64,000 nucleotides of DNA from Epiperipatus broadwayi (GCA_028023455.1 JAQFVV010000001.1:26598001-26662000), one strand, 5' to 3'. Counted from the stretch's first letter, positions 37,355 to 50,100 are shown. Translations and numbers: made by a program. The notes: generated by a model from the letters alone, not told the origin.

Positions 37355-39057
37355 TTTTACAATAAAATTTCAAAAATTAAAAACAGAATTCCTCCAGACA
37401 TTGTTAATGCTACATGGAACCTAGTCTCTCTTCTGGCCCTACTATAAGTAGATAATTTCATTTTTTTTATGCGTTCGTTGTGTATTTACAAAATATACCT
37501 GTTGTAATGTATACCTGTTTGTACTTTGTCTGTTTTTGATGATAAGCTACAAAATATCCCATTGAATTTCAAACCATCTTTTTTTCAAGTTTGTAAAAAA
37601 AAATTTATCTAATAAAATTGTTGGTTAAAAAATAATAGTCAGGAATGAAGATATAGGATGCTAAGGAATCTCCTAATTGCTGATTTAGGCTATCATTTGA
37701 TGATGAGCTTTGATTTAACCATTCGTAAATGTAGATCATTTTCAAGTAAAAAAAAAAAGATGCATGAATTGGAAGAACTGTATATTATTAAATGGGACTA
37801 AGATCATGGCAACTTGTCTGCAAAAAAACTCTGAGTTCAAATCAAACACTTGAATAAGATGGTCTTTAAAATAGTTTTAGCACTATTTATCACATTTTAG
37901 TATTAAAGCAAGTTATAAAAATGAAATATTTTGTGGATTGAAATGAAAAGTTAAAAAAATAAAAGATGAAAATAAAACCATAGCAAAAGTTTTAAAAAAA
38001 TTATAATAACCATAATGAAAATAAAAGACTAACAATAATGAATTAAATAACTTAATGAACAATTACAAGTAACATGATTGGATTATAATAATACAGACGA
38101 AAATGCAATGAATGAAATTAACCATAGAATTCAATTTGTATGAATGCTTTTAATAGAAATAACTTAATATTAAAACAAAATAAATCTAGGTGTTTTAAAA
38201 TATATATTTTTATTAGATGTATAACTTTTTACAAATGGATCTTAAAATTGGATGCTTAATAATAAGTGAATTAACATCACATAACTATGAAAATATAAAT
38301 ATTAGTAAAAATGAGAGAATAAAAATGAAATAAATGAGTGAGAGAATAAACATATCATTGGCATCATTATAAAAATTATAAGATTGAAATAGAATTGAGA
38401 TAATAAAGTTGTTAAAAAAAAATAACAGTAGATCAACAGTTGAAATTTTTTAATTGGATCTTAAATAAATTGTGAAAGGTGTAGCAAGAGACCATGCAAA
38501 AAAATGTATTGGAAAAGATAAGAAAGGTTTCTGAAATACATGTAGAGAAGAAAAGATGGAGACAAGAGAAACTGGTTTAAACTTGGAAATGTTTATCCTG
38601 TAATAAATCAATAATAATTGAAAATGATAATTATAAAATATAGAAAGCTTGTACAAAAAAAAATTATGAAGCGGACACAATAAGTAAACACTATTAAAAG
38701 AAAAGAATCAATCATTAGAAGAAGAAAAATCAATAGAAGAATTTGTTAATTTAAAATCAAACATAAAACTAAGTAAATTATCTGAAGAAAAAGGTAATTT
38801 GCAAACTGATTGTAAATTTGAGAAAATGGAATAGATAGAAAATCAAAGTTTAAATAACAGTATAATAATTTTACAAAAATTAGATAATGAAAGCAGATCT
38901 ATTATGAAAAGAACAATAAATATGTATATGAATAGCCATTGAAAATCAAGCACTAAAGGATTAGAAGAAATCCTGCATAAAATCAATATTTTGAAAGTGA
39001 ATTTGCTAACAGAAACTGCCAAAATGAAATAATATTGTTAAAATTTCTTTACCATTA

Positions 39058-39172
39058 AATATCACATGATCACCACTCTTTCTGCTTACACAAATTGTTT
39101 ACAACTCTCCATCCATTGATTACTCTGTCTTGCACTGAGTGGCACTAGTATGGAGAGTTTAGCCTTTGTTTG
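39058..39172. repeat. Retrozyme-family fragment with an internal inversion
   Basis: ATCACATGATCACC...ACTCTCCAT (antisense) is joined to CCATTGATTACTCTG...GGCACTAGTATGGAGAGTTTAGCCTTTG (sense). Confidence 0.75.
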
Positions 39173-40108
39173 AAATTTCTCAATATGAATGATATGAATT
39201 CAAAAACATTTTTAAAAATTAAATGACTTTGGAGAATACTATTTGACTAAATATGTCACTCTCACCTTTTATTCTTAATGCAATTAAGGGTTTATATTTA
39301 GTAATTCAGCAATCAATTCCACTCTGGCTCAAGTTCAAAAATTACAAAATAAAATTATTCATTCAGCAAAGCATCTAAGCACATTTGCTTATAGAGCTCT
39401 CAAATTTAATATAAATAAAATAAATATGTGAAATGAAAATTATTAAAATAAATTTCAAAAGGATCCCCAGAATCCAAATCCTCTATTATGGGAACTGATT
39501 CACCACTAATTGATTTTGAAATTTAAAAAAATAAAAAGCATTTCAAAATTCTTTCATATAAAACTAATGCCTACATTGACAAAAAAAAAATTCTTTTTTT
39601 TTTTTCAAAAATATAGTTTTAAAATGAAAAAACATGATTCAATTGTACAAATTTCTTATTAGGTAGACTATAATCAAATTGCCAGTAACAATTCTTCATA
39701 ATTGTGAGTAATTATAACTTTTGATGCTTATAGTTAGACCATATAATTTTGAATTATAATGCTGATAAATACTTAAGTCACTCAAAATATAACAGATGGG
39801 ACTACTTTAATATTATTTATAATAATATTACAGTAGCAGTGAAAGAATACTCTTCCACAGAAAAATACATATCCAACATATTACTCATCAAAGAATATAA
39901 TTATAAATTGAAATAGATTTGAAGATTAGAAAAATAAATAATTACAAAAACATGTTTTTATCTGATGTTTTATATTAAAATGAATAACTGATGCTATCAT
40001 TAAATATTTTCTAATATAATGTTTGCCTAAAGTATAAAAGTGTTTGCAATTTCTGAGTACTTCATATTTTTATAAGTATATTTAAAAAAACGAAACTAGA
40101 CCAGAATA

Positions 40109-40783
40109 CAAAGGCAAAACTCTCCATACAGTAGTGCCACCCTGTGCCAAACAGAGTAATCAATGAATGCCAGAAGGCTTGTGCATAAAATCCCTATCTA
40201 GTGCCTACTCATCCAATATCCCCCAACTAGTTTCTGGCTTGTGGCCATCATCAGTGAGGAGCCTTGTATCTGAGAGCACTGCACCTAGATTTTAGGATCT
40301 AATGCAACCCTCCAGAAGCCACCTTTTAACTCTACTTTACTACAAAAGTATGAGAATGAAACTGAAAACCCAATAATATTTTCAATCTAAGCTCAATAGC
40401 TTATATAGTCATATGGGTCTGAACTCAATTCAGCACCCATACATTTTGGTGTCTTTGGCTCTTAAACAACCACAGCCACCACTATCCTATTAGGCAGGAT
40501 TTGTGTTAAACCACTAAACATCACATGATCACCATCTCTATGCTAGCACATAATTGTTGTAAACAAAAGCAAAACTCTCCATACAGTAGTGCCACCCTGT
40601 GTCAAACAGAAACTAGTCTGGGGATATTGGTGAGTAGGCACTAGGTAGGGATTTTATGTACAAGCCTTCTGGCATCCATTGATTACTCTATTTGGCACAG
40701 GGTGGCACTACTGTATGGAGAGTTTTGCCTTTGTTTACAACAATTATATGCTAGTATACAGATGGCGATCATGTGATGTTTAG
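40109..40783. mobile_element. Retrozyme-like non-autonomous retroelement with a ~455-nt monomer, partly inverted, 12-bp TSD
   Basis: Flanked by TAGACCAGAATA at 40097-40108 and 40784-40795. The segment 40606-40109 (-) is just over one monomer (GCCACCCTGTG repeats at 40136 and 40591). The segment 40607-40783 (+) starts at the hammerhead 3' half. There is no ORF. Confidence 0.85.
40219..40260 (-). ncRNA. Type I minimal hammerhead ribozyme (family 3)
   Basis: Minus strand TCCTCA-CTGATGA-TGGC-CACAA-GCCA-GAAAC-TA-GT-T-GGGGGA: intact CUGAUGA and GAAA, 4-bp stem II and palindromic ACTAGT stem III. The partial copy at 40607-40624 (GAAACTAGTC-TGGGGA) supplies a GUC site and a correctly pairing stem I. 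Confidence 0.8.
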
Positions 40784-42275
40784 TAGACCAGAATATTTAG
40801 AGTCAAAAATCCTTAACTCATATTTATTTTAATGGAAGCTTTATTGTTATGACTTCCCAATTATAGAAAAATAAAATCAAACAAATTGCTAAATTCTTCC
40901 TATCAAAGTCAGTGCTAGCAAGGATTATTTTGAATAAACTAATACACACCCATACATATATATAAAGAAACAATTATATAAACTAATAGACTTATTTTAT
41001 TATCCAAATTATTTCACAATGCACAGTTAAAAAAGAAAATAGAAAGATAAAATATATTTCTTGTTTTATATGATTTAATATTTATTTTGTGTTATGAATA
41101 TACCACATTTTATTATAATGTATAAATTTTTACAGAACTAAAACTTAAAACAAATTTTGTATATTTATTTGATATATGTTGAACGTAAAAATTCTGTAAA
41201 TAAAAAAAATAAAGGAAACTAACTCACTATCACTTAATTCTATCACTTATTAAGTGCCATGAATGGCAAGCTTAGATAATTAGTGATTATCAAATAATAG
41301 TGTAACCCAAATAGCAATTAAATTGCTTAACTATCTGGTAACCATTGACTACTCAAATTTATAATAGATAGCAATAAAGTAGAAAAATGCTTTTGAAAAG
41401 AAAATTATTTTAAAAACTATCAAGTTTATAATTAATTGAGGTTTTTTTTTTTTTTTGTTAATTTTTCTTTTGACTTTTATAGCAATTTATAATTGCATGA
41501 TATTAAATATTATATTCATATTAAAAGTATTAAACTTTATTATTATTTTTTTAATCAAATAAGTGAAATGACTACTACGATATAGAAACATAAAATAGTT
41601 CATGACCTTCAATGTCTCTAGTATTGATTAAATCTTAAAAATAAATTGGATAGATTGAGTACCAGTCCCATCATTTAAGAATATAAATGTGATTTACAAT
41701 ATGAGAAACACAAAATAAAATAGAATACTTCACGACATACATATATCAATTAGTGACAGCTTCTTTTTTTTTTTGACTAATTATAATTATTATATGAAGA
41801 AGCATTTAAATAAATCAAAAAGCATTACTAGTAACAATGATCCACATCACATAATTCTACTCAAGAGCCATCTATAAAAGCATGAATAATGGAAAATATA
41901 TTTTGATTGCATAAAAATGTTTTAGCACTATTATTATATTGTATTTTATGTTAGATCCCTGCCCAAATGCAAGTTAGAATAATTATAGTAGAATGCCATA
42001 ATCAAGCTGCAACACATGATCATTATTAACTGTCTGTTGCTAATGCTTGCTATCAAATTTTGTTATTAGTCTTATAATGAAAAAATTATTTTATTAAATG
42101 GCATACTATTATAAATTCCATATATATATATAAACTATTTTGCTTCCAAATCAATATTTTTTTTAATAATAAAATTTCACTCAGAAAATAGTAATAATAA
42201 TAATTAAATTAAGATATTAATAAATTTAAATGCAACCAGGAATTTTCCACAACTTTAAAAAAATCTTCAACTAAC

Positions 42276-42408
42276 CTGAGGTGTTACCCACATAACAGGA
42301 CTGCACTCCATAAAAAGAAGGAATATTTAAAGAAGACATTTTATCTTTGCTGTTACAATTTTTGCCTTTACAGCAGTATAAATCACCTTTAATTCCTTGG
42401 AATAATAC
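42276..42408 (-). CDS. Internal coding exon of the three-finger/ET-module membrane protein (end of one module, start of the next)
   Basis: Acceptor ttttccttttgcag|GTA and donor TCAG|gttagt; 133 nt, phase 0 to 1. Translates to VLFQGIKGDLYCCKGKNCNSKDKMSSLNIPSFYGVQSCYVGNTS(G). It is paralogous to the start of exon 9649 and in frame with exon 13183. Confidence 0.82.
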
Positions 42409-43055
42409 CTGCAAAAGGAAAATAGGAGAAATAAACCACAAGGAAAGCTCCATATTTACATATAGCTTATGCACAAATAAGTTTCATATAAAAGACAGAT
42501 AATTGTAGATTATCAATAATAAAATATTTGTTTTGCTGGATTTTTTTCAAATACCAATAATTTATTTTGAGTAGAAATGTTTAAGTGGCATTCCTGTAAG
42601 AGAAAAAGGGGAAAAAAAAACAAATTAATTATATTATAAAAAATATAATATTTTTATTTTAAAATAAAAAATATAACTTTATTTAAATGTTTTTTTTTAA
42701 TTAAAAAAAAAAATTATTCTTAAATAATTAATATGCTAATTAAATCATATAATTTTACTTTTTTACTTAAATAAAAAAAGAAATATTTTTATAATGGAAA
42801 TAACATATGTTTGCTATTAAATTTTGAGAAATGAAAATCTTTTTGTAATTTTTTGAAGGAGGGGGGGGGGGATCATATTTTTTTATTTTATGTAAATGCA
42901 GGTTTTAAAATTCTCAATATTTTTATGTAAATATCAACAAGTAACATGAAAGATATATGAATTAAACAGAAAATTAACTATTTGAAATAAATTTTCATAA
43001 AACATCCAATTAATCAATCAAATTTATAAAAATATTCATGACCTTTTCTGCTTAC

Positions 43056-43121
43056 TTTCAAAAATTGCTATGCAAGCACCATGTGGCATCCATTGACTGT
43101 TCAATTTTACAATAGATAGCC
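43056..43121 (-). other. Candidate upstream exon or pseudo-exon (alternatively antisense of a LINE RT relic)
   Basis: Acceptor ttatttcag|GG and donor A|gtaagc; GLSIVKLNSQWMPHGACIAIFE resembles DSICGKHNELWKGGCEN, but it ends in phase 1 while the next exon needs phase 0. The plus strand also reads like RT (QAPCGIH*LFNFTID, VCFAD). Confidence 0.3.
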
Positions 43122-44829
43122 CTGAAATAATGTAAATAATAAATTGATGTTTGTTTTGCTGATTTAGGGAATGGTGTCAGTTTGTTGCAAAACATTAAAA
43201 AGTCTAGATCCAATTTCACTGTTTCAACACATTTGCCCTGGTTCAGTAGAATTGGTTTTTAAAAAATCTGTGCTTGAAAAATCAAGTTGTAAAAAATTCA
43301 CTTTGCAAAATATTATAATTGAATTAACATTGTGTAAATATATTAATGTAATGCATCATAATGATTCAAATTACAATGATAAAAAAAAGTCAAATAATGT
43401 TTACAACGTGGCTCTAAATATTAAAATGCTAGAATAAATTGAAATCATCAAAAGTTCATGTGTTATCTAAGAATGAGAAGTCACAGAACTGAGCTGCAAT
43501 CTAGGACCTATTCCATTACTCTACTACTGTAAACTGTGCTGTAATGGTCAGGTTTGTACATTTGCTCAACAGATTGAGAATCCAGATGAAAGAGAAACAG
43601 GCTGACCAAGTCAGGATGGGAACATCCTATGTCTGATTGTACCTCAACTCTCTCACCCATGCTTCCTAATCCCACACTAGTGAATGATCTGCCTGAGGCT
43701 ACACTAGATACTTCTTACCACACTCCCATTCATTAAAAAAAAAGGAGAAAAAGAAACCTCCCCCCCCCCAAAAAAAATAAAAAACTAGTGATTCATAAAG
43801 ACTATGAGAAAGGATTGAGATTGAGAGGTGATATATTTTAGAAAATTTAATATATAAATTCATAATTAATAAAACAAAATGTACATAATCTATCACATGC
43901 AGGTGAAGTTATATAGAATTAACAGGTTAAATATTCGAGCTTTATATGAAAGGAAATAAATATACATCCATGATACAGCATAGGTAACATTAAAATTCAG
44001 GTATATAAATGATTCACACACAGGTGAATGTTATTTTACATATGATTAATATTTTAGCTTTATATGCGATAAAACAAAACGTTACAGTTTACATTGTCAT
44101 TTTCCCTTTTATTAGTAAGGATGAGTAATATAATACACAGTTATGCAGAGATTTATGCCTAGATATATGCCAAGAACTCAGCAAAAAGAGTGTGATCATA
44201 CTAGATGGGAGGTATATTATTTATCAATAAAGTTTATGTCTAATTTATGATACAAATCAATGAAGTTAACCCAGATTCTGGCTCAGATCAAGGTTGAAGT
44301 TATTTAATAAGGCAGGCGGAACTGATGGAGCAGGGTCATTTCAGATTCTATGGTGTATCAAATATATTTATAAAAGAAGTGCGTCGAAGAAGGTGTGCTT
44401 GCAGAGATTTATAACCAAGCAATCAGTTCTTTGTACTGCGCTGGTTTCTGTAATAATAAAGGGAACTTCTTTAGTCCGAAGAATCAAAAAGCTACTTCAA
44501 GAATGAGACTCTTTTGGTCTCTTTTAAATATCAAATACAAAACGGCTTGGCTGTCCGAACTAACTGGCATGGGTTGACATTAAATCAACACCAATGCAGA
44601 CACATACATATGTATAGAATATAGCAAGAAGCTAAACATTATTTGCTAATGAATCTAATAATCATTTTAATTCATTAAATACACAAAATACGGAGCGTTT
44701 AGCAGTGTTACTGCCATTAATCAATTCTGAAATAGCACATAATAATTATACTATAGGGAAATACTTAGAATCTGGCTTAAGAGTTATCTGTATCGCTTAA
44801 CTCTTTTCCTGCCTCTTACGAGGCCTCTC

Positions 44830-45060
44830 ATCAACAGTTGACGTCACTCTAATTCCGTTATTTTTAATGCTAGGATATTCGTTTGACAGTTATTGATTAG
44901 GTTTTTAAAAGTTCTGTAAGATGGTGCCCTCTTCTGAATTATTTTACAAGTAAAAAATCAATAAAACCGCATTTAAAGCTAAACAAAGAAAGAAGCTTGT
45001 CGGTGATTGGCTGTCAGCCGGCTCTCAGCCAAAAAAGACATTCTGATTGGCTGGAAAGAA
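44830..45060. promoter_or_regulatory. Cluster of promoter-type motifs in a CpG-retaining stretch
   Basis: TGACGTCA (~44838), AAGATGG (~44918) and two GATTGGCT (reverse CCAAT) at ~45005 and ~45046. These could equally be TE-derived. Confidence 0.3.
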
Positions 45061-46799
45061 CAAAGAAACCGCCTGATCAAAGAAAATAAAGAAAAACGCT
45101 GAGATTTTCATTTCGAATGTGATTTAAGGTTTAAAAAAAGTATATTCTGGGAAATTAAAATCATTTTCACAGGGTATACTAAAAAAAAAAAATTATTTTC
45201 GAAAAATATTGAAGATTTTAGTAAAAATATTTAAGATTTAGCAAAAAGAAATCTTTACTTTTCCATAACGTAAAATTGAAAAAAAGCATTTACGTCAGCA
45301 TTTTTTTGTTTATACGTTCGCTTTTAAATTTGCCGAAATTGAATATTTTATAATAAATAAATAGCAATTTATTTTTGAAAGAACTTTCGTTCACTTTCAT
45401 AACCTGAAAAATTAGTAATATACTTTTTATAAACATATCTGAGTTGAATTTAATATTATAGGCGAATATGTTTTAACAATAGGCTTTGTCTTCAGTTTGT
45501 GAGTTGGCCAATTAAAAGATTTGATTTTTACCTCATACAACCAATAATATAATTAGCGGTTAAAAGGTTAAGATATATAATTATAAATTTACAGTATATT
45601 TTAGGAGTTATTACGGGTCCAAATATTCATTGCACATATACTGTACAAAATCACTCTCGCTTAAAGGCAAATAAACACTATTTATAATTATTTAGTAGAC
45701 CATATTATAAATAGCAATATTATCCCTGGCGAAGAATATTAAGTACAGAAGGGAGTTTGTCTGTTTCTTTAGAACAAATGAGCACAATGAGAGCATGTAT
45801 ATATCTCTCTGAGAATTAATAATTCGCCAAACTCTGTTCTGATTACTTTAGCATAAATCAAACATAACTATGATAAAGAATGGCTTAAATAACATCTAAA
45901 TAATAAATAAGAAGTTAATACACTTATCACCAAAGTTTTAGGGTTTAAACATTACATTTTAAATATATGCGTATGTGTAAGATTATAATAATGATAATGA
46001 TGATCAAGCAAGATTTGATAAAGTGACTAATTTAAAATAAAGATACATAGCAGTTTTACATTTACATAGCAGAGTTATTTATACAGGAAACACAATAAGT
46101 GCTAGTTTGATAATTACATTAAATAATGAATGATATTTTAGCATGCTTTCTCGAGAGGGATTCTAGTAAAAGTTCAGGTATGAGTAGCTTCTCTGAGCAC
46201 GATTCCTATTCTCCATGGTCGGACACGAATCTGGCTTTTCTTGCTTTCTGACGCCATTTGGTAGATGCGGCTTCACCATTTTAATGCGGCTTATTGGATA
46301 CAATTTGCTTACGACTAGGATGGCTTACTGAGTACAGATTTGTTATAGCTGAGGTGGCTTCTGGATATGGCTCCATTATTATCTATGTGACTGGTTTATA
46401 CTTATAGGGTGGCTGTTGCTTGTTCTTGGGCGTAAGATGACAGCTGTTGTTACCATTTGTAGAAGCTCTAATGGAAAATAAACGACAACTCTATCTTCAC
46501 TAGCCGATGGTTCTCATCTTAGCAACAATAAAATACTTTTAATAATATTCTTTTTGTGATATATATTTTCTTGTATATGTATATATATTTTTAATAATAA
46601 AAACTGCAAGTTTTTATATCTATACTCAGTACACACCCCTATTTCTTTCCTGCGCTTACTATATAACTTGTTTACTACTTCGAACCTCATGCTCTCAATT
46701 ATCTTTTATCACCTCAAAAGAAACTCTCCCGGGGGTCTTTCCAAATGATCAAGTTAGGATTTACGACCGACTGATTTCTAAATTGACTTTCAGCTATAA

Positions 46800-47130
46800 G
46801 GCTAATTAAAATAAAATGTTATTTTGGTCAACTGCGAAAACTCGTAAACAACTTTATAATCTGCAGTTTTAAACAAAATCGTAAACTTAAAATAATTTTA
46901 AGAAAATGCTAATGTAGTCAATCTTTGACTAAAACATAATTTTAAGCAAGTTTTAACTCATAAACAACTTTACTGTCAGCACTTCTAACAAAGAATAAAA
47001 CTGGAAATAGTTTTAAGTAATGCCAAGCTGTTCAATCTTTACCAAAATATTATTTTGAACAAATATTAACTTGTAAACAACTTTAACATCTGTATTTTTA
47101 ATGAAGAATAAACTTGAAATAATTTTTAAA
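46800..47130. repeat. Degenerate tandem repeat, ~113-bp period, three copies
   Basis: ACT(C/T)(G/A)TAAACAACTTTA occurs at ~46841, ~46957 and ~47070. Confidence 0.7.
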
Positions 47131-50100
47131 AAATATTTAAGACTAATATTTTAAATAAATGATTTTTTACTAAGTTTAAATATAATTCTATACATAAATT
47201 CAAGCTGCACAGACTGTTAGATTTACACAGTTTTATTAATATGGAGGGCTATATGTGCATATATATATTATCCTTACTGGCATCTATATTGCAATGAAAT
47301 AGGCACTTATACAGGCACATACTCTATAATTTTTTAAGAGCACAAGTTTGGAGTTCTGAATTAAAGAAATACATGCAATTTGGAGTGAAATAACATACAA
47401 ATAAATATACTACTATGACTATAGTAGGTGAAACAGATGGGTCTTTAGACCTGACTGTTTCAATGCCAAGCATGAATTACACTGATGATCAAGAATTATT
47501 CATTGGCCAAAATATCCTATTTCTTTGATATTCAATCTGTCTTCAAAGAAAAAAATTAACATATATTGATATTTTATATAAAAAATGGTCAACAAAATCA
47601 TTTCTAATATCCATAGAAATAAGTTTATTAAAAATTAAATAAATTTAATCAATCCTAAAGTTTAGTGTGTATATATTGTGCCGGTCGGATTTGTATGTTC
47701 ACGTAACAAGATCTAGCATCTAGGCAAAAGTACCTCGAATCCAATCGTGCGCAAGATACACAGGTCAGGAACACTCATGAATTCTGCCCTATTTGCCTAT
47801 TTCCCAGATCTATAACATTATGAGCAACAATCCCGATGACATTGATTAATTTACTTCTCACCCGCCGGCATCGGTCATCAGAGACACAAAAAGACTCTAG
47901 GCTAAACTTATATGATAAAATAATTTAATAACTAGCTATATTTTATGAGCAATGAAGGCTCGCGACCTAGCATATTAATTATGTATTGAGCGGAGATCAT
48001 CTAGTCATATTTGAGCTTAAGTAATAACTTAATATTTTATCTTAACTAAAAGAAAGCAATGGTTCGAGTTTGATATATATATTTAAGATTTATTAATAAC
48101 AAAATTATGTCGGGTTATTTAGCTGACATTAGCCTCGTGAGTATTATATATATGTGTTTGATTCATATTTAACGATACCATTATAATTGCGGCTATGCCA
48201 ATAATATATATATATATGTGTGATTAAATGAATTAGCGCTATTAGAATACATTGTTGGAATACTATTACACCCCCAGAGACGAAAAGAGCATTTAATTAA
48301 TTTAAACAATAATTTTATAAGCAGATATTACATTTGGTTACATTCAATATGATTATTAATTTGGAGTTATAGATAATTAATGCGCGGGATGGGTAATGAA
48401 TAATTATATAAACGATACTAAATCTATCGCATTAATATTTATATTAAACTAATGGAAATATGTCTGTTTAAAGAAATCATTTCATTACGGCTTATGAATA
48501 CTTCTGGGCGACTAATAAGACACTGAAAGACGGTGCGTGCATGGCGGCTGATTGGGTTGGTCCAATTATGGATCCTGGAGTGTGCTTCATGAATTTTTAA
48601 TAACAAAGTTGACCGATTTCCTCTGCAAACGTAGGCAGGATCAGTATTGAGACGAATGACGGTCGGCTATGTCATTATCGGGCTGGATTTTCCAGAGAAT
48701 GACGATGGGGCCTGACTTCGCGGATGCCTCCATGTGAGAAAGAAGCACGAACATATATATAACGAAATGGCCTTTATGCACGTAATGCTTAATAATATAA
48801 TATAATTCAAACGGTTAAAGATTATCTAAACAGATTTATTGCCCATAAATTATAAAATATTCGGCATAATGATATGGCTTCATTAAGCAAACATGGATAA
48901 TTATTATACTTAAATATAAAACTAAGCTCTTAAGATCCCCCTCCCCCTTACATTATGTTACTTAATATTATTCATTACTTTTTACACATTTAATAAATCT
49001 CAATTTTGGTTAATCAATGCCCTTGTGAAAATATATAAATGATTACAAAATAAGTGGGTGGTGGTAATAGCTAAGATGGGTTTTACATATATAATATAAT
49101 TTAAGAATAAAAGATACCGCATTATTTAGGAAGGAAAATGTGAAAAAAAACAGATGTCAATCTGTTTTTCTACATAAAACATAAAAATATAATTAGTTTA
49201 TTTATCTAAAATCGCGAGCACCTGGGCGAGTCGAATAAGACTTGTTTAGGTCAAATTATAAATTATTTACCCGGTAAATGATGGGTGGGGAAACGAAAAT
49301 GAATTATATGCTTGCAATTTTAGAATATTATTGGCATTGATTTTAAAATATACATACATAAATGTAAATGAAAATTGTTTGTCACTTGGAAATAAAAGAA
49401 AAGAAAAACATTATATAGGAGGCTTAATATAGATTAGTTATATAGTTATAGAATACATATTTGAAGTCATTTAATATAGATGATTTAAAATATAAATATT
49501 ACAGAGAAGACAGGATTTAGAAATTATAAGTGGTCAAAGTTCTTTTACCTTGATTATTTGGAAGAGCGTTTCTCTAGGAATCAGTCCATCGGTATTATTT
49601 CATTAGATCTAGGGTAGCATTATTATTTGAGAGATAGCATTTCATTTTCACTGGAAAAATATACATAAAGTTCAGTAGTACGGGATGCAGAGCTTCGTTC
49701 ATGGGAACAGCATATGAGAACGGAGGGACAAGGCAAAATTTCCTACTCACGACACATTGAGTGAGAATTAAAACTGGCGTGGAATATGTATAGCAACTTA
49801 GTTATTTAATGGTCTCGTACCTTGTGGATTCAAATCCAGCAGTATATATACTTTTATTTTGAAGCTGTAACTTAGCAACTACTGCTGGACCTGAGGCGGT
49901 TTAAGCACTTAAGTTTTATCTGAAATAGTTTGACCGGATACTCTTATCTAGTAAGATGTTTGAAACAATGCAAGTTTGTTATCAGTTTCTCGAATGACTG
50001 TTTTAAAATATATCTTATGATTTTAAAACAAGCTAGCATGGACAATTTCCACTAATGGGTTTATTTTATTATTACTAATTCGTAATCTTTTACTTTAATC

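Noticed and set aside
42555-42593. 39-nt candidate micro-exon (ECHLNISTQNKLL) with a strong acceptor
   Set aside because: It has no homology to the module pattern and gives a stop if joined to the 43056 donor. Such signals are common in T-rich DNA.
43895-44030. Five (C/T)AGGT motifs in ~135 bp (recursive splice or E-box cluster)
   Set aside because: They are on the strand opposite the supported gene, are short, and may be a decayed tandem repeat.
47677-48952. Solo LTR bounded by TGT...ACA
   Set aside because: There is no matching TSD and no second copy in the window.
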